A DNA stretch of 64,000 bases from Chthonomonadales bacterium. GTDB lineage: Bacteria; Armatimonadota; Chthonomonadetes; Chthonomonadales; CAJBBX01. Below the pieces are notes generated by a model. The model saw only the letters and a list, made by a program, of their open reading frames with translations. It ran no database searches and was not told the origin of the DNA. Position 1 is the stretch's first letter; each line of letters begins with the position of its first letter. Position numbers and translations under genes: made by a program. Shown piece by piece: positions 59,143-64,000 of this stretch. The stretch covers positions 47,848 through 111,847 of the forward strand of contig JBMFSQ010000011.1 of the NCBI GenBank assembly GCA_049967475.1. Direction: 5' to 3'.

Positions 59143-60804
59143 TCACCTCCCCAACTCCTGGCGGGTCACGATGGGCACATACCCTGCTTCCAGCCCCTTC
59201 GGTGGCTTTACGATCAACGCCGGGTCCAGATCGGCCAGCTTGCCTGCGGCAGGTGGCGGGAGATAGTTTCGGTTCTTTGCCCACGCTCGATGCAGCTTCA
59301 CCACCCTGGCTTGAAGGCGCTCGCGTTCCGCCGGGGTGAGATCGGCGTTCAGCAGTGCGGGCTGGTCAGCGAACCGATACCAGTAATAGGTCACCACGCT
59401 GCCGTCGCCCAGGCGCGCTTTGAACGGTCCGGCGACCGGCCCGGGCTTCTTCCAGCAACTGGCGGGATCGGCCGGAGTGGTGTAGGGCTCCGGGGTCGTG
59501 TCTGCGGGCTGCCTCCATCGGATCTCCCTGAGACCCGTGTCTGGTGGAACCTTGTCGGGGGGAACCGGCACCCACCGAGCCTGCTTGCCGTCGCGCGATT
59601 TCTGGAGGTGGTAGAACTGGGGAAGGGTCACGAGGCACCCTGAAGGCGTAGCTTGGCCGGAATTCCAGCGCACTCCAAAGGTGTACGGCTTGAGTTCCGT
59701 GAACTGGCCAAGGAGTTCCCAAGCGATAGGCGCCTTTCGCTCCGTTCCATCTTTCTCTCTCCAATAAATCTGCCAGGTTGCGTACCCTCTCTCGCCGAAT
59801 ACGCGCCGGTAAGCTCCCTGGGGATTGACGGCGCCCGAGCACGGTTTGCCGCCGGCGAACCACGCGGCTACGGCATCGTAGAGAGCGGTGTTGTCGTACA
59901 CGGTATCCTCTTGCACGAGGACCGATGCATCGTGCTCGTTTCTTGGGAAGGACACGGGCGGGATGCGTGCATACCACTCACCGGTTGCATCTGCCGCCAT
60001 GCGGGCCGGGATATACTGCGTCTCCATCTGGACGGCTCGGTTCGGGTCCGCCGGCCGGCTGTCGAGGAGGAGACCGGCAAGGCGAGGCTCCCGAACAGCG
60101 GCGTGGGCCCAAAAGTGGGGCAGGAAGAATGCCACGGGCCCCTTGAAGTTGCCGGCGTTGAGGAAGAGCGTCCAGCAATTGCCGCCGGTGGGTATGTCTG
60201 TGCCCTCGGTCTTGGGCTTCGGATCGCAGAGCGGCAAATTGAGGTAACCGTACCCCAGAAGGCGCCCGCATTCGCCCTGTTTCAGGTTCAAACCGTCAAC
60301 AGGGAACAGGATCCAAGGGCTCAGTTGCGCTACCCCGTAAAGACCGCGCGGCTTCTCCCACGTGCCCCAGCCGTGCCCGGGGCCGTTGGCAATCTCCGAA
60401 AAGTTGGGTCCTACGCCGCCCATTATGAATTTAGGCGTGGGCGTGGCAAAGCGCGTGTCCGTCCACCAGCCGAGACCGCCCTCTACATCTGAATACATGT
60501 GCTTGGGCGGCGCCGTGTCGTACTGTGCAAACATCCAGGTACCGGGCAACCCGGTTTGAAAGCGGTGTCCGGGATAGTAATTGAGCAGAGGCCAAACGGC
60601 CACGTACATGGAGTAGCCGGCGTTGTACCGGCGCTCGGCCGCGCCCCGGTGCGGAACGATGATGTATCCGCCCAAGTGCACGTCCTCCGGCGTGCTGCCC
60701 GGTACCTGGCCGCGAGCCGGGCATACCAAGGCCAGCGTCATTGCGGCGGTGAGAGCGGTCAAAGACGAGAACATCCCGCCCCGAGCGAATGGTAGAAAGA
60801 ACAT
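59143..60804 (-). CDS. secreted Trp-rich hypothetical protein
   Basis: ATG 60804 with GGGAGGA upstream. Signal MFFLPFARGGMFSSLTALTAAMTLALVCPARG. No motif recognised. Confidence 0.6.
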   Translation of the reverse strand: MFFLPFARGGMFSSLTALTAAMTLALVCPARGQVPGSTPEDVHLGGYIIVPHRGAAERRYNAGYSMYVAVWPLLNYYPGHRFQTGLPGTWMFAQYDTAPPKHMYSDVEGGLGWWTDTRFATPTPKFIMGGVGPNFSEIANGPGHGWGTWEKPRGLYGVAQLSPWILFPVDGLNLKQGECGRLLGYGYLNLPLCDPKPKTEGTDIPTGGNCWTLFLNAGNFKGPVAFFLPHFWAHAAVREPRLAGLLLDSRPADPNRAVQMETQYIPARMAADATGEWYARIPPVSFPRNEHDASVLVQEDTVYDNTALYDAVAAWFAGGKPCSGAVNPQGAYRRVFGERGYATWQIYWREKDGTERKAPIAWELLGQFTELKPYTFGVRWNSGQATPSGCLVTLPQFYHLQKSRDGKQARWVPVPPDKVPPDTGLREIRWRQPADTTPEPYTTPADPASCWKKPGPVAGPFKARLGDGSVVTYYWYRFADQPALLNADLTPAERERLQARVVKLHRAWAKNRNYLPPPAAGKLADLDPALIVKPPKGLEAGYVPIVTRQELGR

Positions 60805-61010
60805 GTTCGCATCCTCCCCTGCGCAGCGTGCAGAACCCCTTCTCCTTTCAACTGCAGTTGCCTCTTTCCCTTCATCTTTGGAGAATGCGCGGCCATCGGG
60901 AACCCATTCGATGGTCTGCTCCCTTCGTGAAGAAGGGGACCGGCCGGCCGTTGCAGGCACGCCACCGGGAGAGGGCGCGCCGGGCGGACCTGCAGCCGTT
61001 CTGTGGAGCC

Positions 61011-61802
61011 CTAACTCCAGGCTTCGCAGCCGCGGAAGGGCATATGCTCACCCTCCACATACTTCGGCCGGGGATTGTAACGATTGATGCCCTCCACCGC
61101 GTGCCCGCGCAGCAGAAATGCGCTGGGCCAGAAGTCGTCGCTCAAGATGCGCGTGGAGGTGGGGATATACCGGATGGTGAGGCCGCAGCGGCGGCGGGGA
61201 GATGTATTGGCGTTGGATCCGTGAATGATATTGGGATGGTGGATGGACACGTCCCCAGCCTTGAGGATCACGTCTACGGCCTTCTGTTCGTCCACGAGGC
61301 CGGCGTCCATCTCGGAACTGAGGACGTTTGGGATGTCTGTGCGGGACTTGAGCTGCTGCAGTCCCAGTGTGTGGCTGCCCGGGATCACACGCATGCAGCC
61401 GTTCTCGGGTGTGGCGTCGTCAATGGCCAGCCATAGGGTGATTACTCTCATGGGTTCCAGCGGCCAATAGCTGCCGTCTTGATGCCAGAGGACGGGCTGA
61501 CCGTCGAAGGGCGGCTTGCAGATGTAATGGGAAGCGAAGAGGGCGATGTTGGGGCCGATGAACTCTTGGGCGATATCCAGCAGACGGTCATCACTCACGA
61601 GGCGCACCCAGAACGGATCGTGTGTCATGAGGGTGTGGCCCAAATGCTCCGGGCGCAGGTGCGGATGCTTGCGCTGAAGCCATGCCACGTGAGCGGAAGC
61701 CTCGTGGATCACGTCCGCATCCAAAACATTCCGAAAGATCACAAAGCCGTTCCGTTCATAATCCTCCGCAGCAGAGCGGTGGGATGGCGCCTGGGATGTC
61801 AT
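61011..61802 (-). CDS. phytanoyl-CoA dioxygenase (PhyH) family Fe(II)/2OG oxygenase
   Basis: YERNGFVIFRNVL N-terminus, WHQDGSYW (HxD), distal IHGSNAN His. Confidence 0.85.
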   Translation of the reverse strand: MTSQAPSHRSAAEDYERNGFVIFRNVLDADVIHEASAHVAWLQRKHPHLRPEHLGHTLMTHDPFWVRLVSDDRLLDIAQEFIGPNIALFASHYICKPPFDGQPVLWHQDGSYWPLEPMRVITLWLAIDDATPENGCMRVIPGSHTLGLQQLKSRTDIPNVLSSEMDAGLVDEQKAVDVILKAGDVSIHHPNIIHGSNANTSPRRRCGLTIRYIPTSTRILSDDFWPSAFLLRGHAVEGINRYNPRPKYVEGEHMPFRGCEAWS

Positions 61803-61845
61803 TCCTGCCCTCTCTTCCCTTTAGACTAGACGGCGTTGGTTCCGG

Positions 61846-63165
61846 CTAGAGCGACCAGCCTCGGCGGTAATGGTGCTTAACGTATTGATCCGCTTCAGGG
61901 GCGTTGGATGCCCGCATATGCTTGGCATCCCACTCCAGCTTCTTGCCTACACGAAACGCTACATTACCCAGAAGGACGCTTTCGGTCATGACGGCGGCAT
62001 AGTCGAAGTTGCTCCCTGTTTCGCCGCCATGTTTACAGGCATCAACCCACTGCTGATAGTGATCTGCCACCCTGGGTAGATAGGGCGCTGGAGGCTCGAA
62101 GTCGGGGAATTTCTCTTTGGGGAAGGGTTGCGGTTCACCGCCGTGAGGCACCAAAAGCTTCCCCTTCTCGCCCACGAAAATGGAACCGTTGAAGCCGGGC
62201 TTTAAGGTGATGCCTTCCATTACATCCTCAGGCGGCCGGCGATTGCTGTCGTACCAGTGGAGCTTCACGGCGGGCATGTCGCCGCGCGGAGGAAATTCGT
62301 AATGGACCACCATCCACTTAGGGCAACTGTCGGGGAGCAGAGGTTCGCCTTCCGCTTCAACCGTTGTAGGATACTGCAGCTTGAGGGACCAAAAGGCACC
62401 GTCCATGAGATGGCAGGCCATGTCGCCCAGGGCGCCGGTGCCGAAATCCCACCAGCCGCGCCACACGAAGGGAAGATAGGCATGGTTGTAAGGACGCTCG
62501 GGTGCAGGACCCAGCCACAAGTCCCATTTGAGTGTCGGCGGTATGGGGTCCGCCGTGGTTGGGCGCTCGATCCCCTGAGGCCACCATCCCGCAGGGCGAT
62601 CCGTCATGACGTGCACCTCGGTAACCGGGCCGATCACGCCTTTCTCGATGTATTCCACCAAGCGCACGTAGGAAGGGTGCCCCTGAGTACCCATTTGAGT
62701 GACGACCTTGTGCTTCCTGGCCAGGTTCATCAGGGCGCGCGCTTCATCTACCGTATGTGTGAGGGGCTTTTGGCAGTAGACGTGCTTCCCCAGCTTGATG
62801 GCCATGGCCGAGGCGGGAGCATGGTGATGGTCCGGCGTGCTTACCACCACAGCGTCTATATTCTTGGCCTCCTTCTCAAGCATCTGCCGGTAGTCGTAAT
62901 ACTTTCGCGCTTCCGGATGTGCTTTGAAGGAGTCGGCTGCCCGAGCATCGTCTACATCGCACATGGCCACGATGTTTTCATGCACGAAGTGCCCAAGGTC
63001 CGAGGCTCCCTGACCTCCCACACCGATGCAGGCGATGTTGAGCTTTTCGTTGGGCGACGTGCTGGCCTTGGCCTGGCGGTCCAGCCATACGCCGCCCAGG
63101 GCCGCCAGCCCCGCCGACAGGGCGGCATGCTGTATCAGCTCGCGACGGCTGATGCGGTTGGACAT
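61846..63165 (-). CDS. Tat-exported Gfo/Idh/MocA-family oxidoreductase
   Basis: SRRELIQHAALSAGLAALGG twin-arginine signal, IACIGVGGQG Rossmann motif, VYCQKPL motif. Confidence 0.88.
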   Translation of the reverse strand: MSNRISRRELIQHAALSAGLAALGGVWLDRQAKASTSPNEKLNIACIGVGGQGASDLGHFVHENIVAMCDVDDARAADSFKAHPEARKYYDYRQMLEKEAKNIDAVVVSTPDHHHAPASAMAIKLGKHVYCQKPLTHTVDEARALMNLARKHKVVTQMGTQGHPSYVRLVEYIEKGVIGPVTEVHVMTDRPAGWWPQGIERPTTADPIPPTLKWDLWLGPAPERPYNHAYLPFVWRGWWDFGTGALGDMACHLMDGAFWSLKLQYPTTVEAEGEPLLPDSCPKWMVVHYEFPPRGDMPAVKLHWYDSNRRPPEDVMEGITLKPGFNGSIFVGEKGKLLVPHGGEPQPFPKEKFPDFEPPAPYLPRVADHYQQWVDACKHGGETGSNFDYAAVMTESVLLGNVAFRVGKKLEWDAKHMRASNAPEADQYVKHHYRRGWSL

Positions 63166-63285
63166 TCGTTCTCTCCTCCTTCGGGTTGTGCCCTGCGACC
63201 GCGGGCCGATGTACTCCTACGGTTCTCCATACGGTGCGTAATTCCTACAGGGGTTCCTGCGGCAACGGAAATACCCTCTGCCCTG

Positions 63286-64000
63286 TTATCCGACCGCAGA
63301 GGCTGCAGCCTCCAGTGCAGGAACCTCCATGCCCAACACTCTTCGCAGGAAGCGGCCTGTGTGGCTGCGCGGATTGCCGGCAACTTCCTCGGGTGTGCCC
63401 ACAGCCACTACTTCGCCGCCGGCATCGCCTCCCTCGGGGCCCAAATCAATAATGTAATCCGCACATTTGATGACGTCCAGATTATGCTCGATCACCAAGA
63501 CGGTGTTTCCCGCGTCTACGAGGCGACCGAGGACCTCGAGGAGCTTCTCGATGTCTGCGAAGTGGAGCCCGGTGGTGGGCTCGTCAAGGATGTAGAGCGT
63601 GCGCCCGGTAGCCCGGCGGCTCAGCTCGGCTGCGAGCTTGATGCGCTGGGCCTCACCCCCCGAGAGCGTGGTCGCGGGCTGCCCGAGCCGGATGTACCCC
63701 AATCCCACATCGCTTAAGGTCTGCAATTTACGTGCGATGCGCGGGATGGCCTGGAAGAACTCCACTGCTTCGGACACGGTCATCTCGAGGACATCGGCGA
63801 TGGATTTACCCTTGTAATGAACCTCCAGCGTCTCACGATTGTAGCGGCGTCCCTTGCAAACCTCGCAGGGCACATATACGTCGGGCAGGAAATGCATCTC
63901 GATCTTGATGATGCCGTCACCTCGGCACGCTTCACACCGGCCGCCCTTTACATTGAACGAGAAGCGGCCGGGGGCGTACCCGCGCATTCGGGCATCCGTC
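63286..64000 (-). CDS. uvrA: excinuclease ABC subunit A, C-terminal part (gene continues past window end)
   Basis: [26 protein letters not shown] zinc finger, [12 protein letters not shown] signature, [12 protein letters not shown] Walker B. The frame stays open to nt 64000. Confidence 0.95.
   Translation of the reverse strand, partial: TDARMRGYAPGRFSFNVKGGRCEACRGDGIIKIEMHFLPDVYVPCEVCKGRRYNRETLEVHYKGKSIADVLEMTVSEAVEFFQAIPRIARKLQTLSDVGLGYIRLGQPATTLSGGEAQRIKLAAELSRRATGRTLYILDEPTTGLHFADIEKLLEVLGRLVDAGNTVLVIEHNLDVIKCADYIIDLGPEGGDAGGEVVAVGTPEEVAGNPRSHTGRFLRRVLGMEVPALEAAASAVG

Noticed and set aside
62257-63717. 486-aa plus-strand ORF
   Set aside because: Antisense to the Tat-Gfo oxidoreductase and uvrA. 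It crosses their intergenic region.

Overview
GC-rich bacterial chromosomal segment with about 50 protein-coding genes. I saw no rRNA, tRNA, CRISPR array, transposase or integrase. Long antisense 'shadow' ORFs are common, as expected at this GC content, and I rejected them. Left half (1-38 kb): mostly housekeeping genes. These include pyrG, ubiE/menG, a polyprenyl synthase, larC, a YabN-like MazG fusion, a family-4 UDG, a HIT protein, hflX, metF and an S9 peptidase. An origin-proximal block reads dnaA, then an intergenic cluster of DnaA-box-like 9-mers, then recF and a DUF721 gene. No dnaN or gyrB lies between them. Right half (39-63 kb): signalling genes (a class III cyclase and a GAF-HD-GYP protein), plus an RR-PAS-GGDEF gene at 7.6-9.1 kb. 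It also holds a glycan/envelope region typical of Planctomycetes, Verrucomicrobia or Armatimonadetes: a PSD1/PSCyt plus DUF1501 pair, a GH-A hydrolase, Tat-exported Gfo/Idh/MocA and NHL proteins, and large unknown secreted proteins. The window ends inside uvrA. Several canonical sigma70-type promoters (TTGnnn-17/18-TATAnT) can be read directly. Most noteworthy: (1) a tight four-gene operon with no assignable function (ExeA/MshM-like AAA+ ATPase, 126-aa protein, ParA/MinD-like ATPase, overlapping 98-aa protein); (2) a candidate oriC where dnaN normally sits; (3) a pyrG leader with a GGGC start region and an intrinsic terminator, resembling the Bacillus CTP-sensing reiterative-transcription attenuator. 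All functional calls rest on motifs read by eye; no database search was possible.
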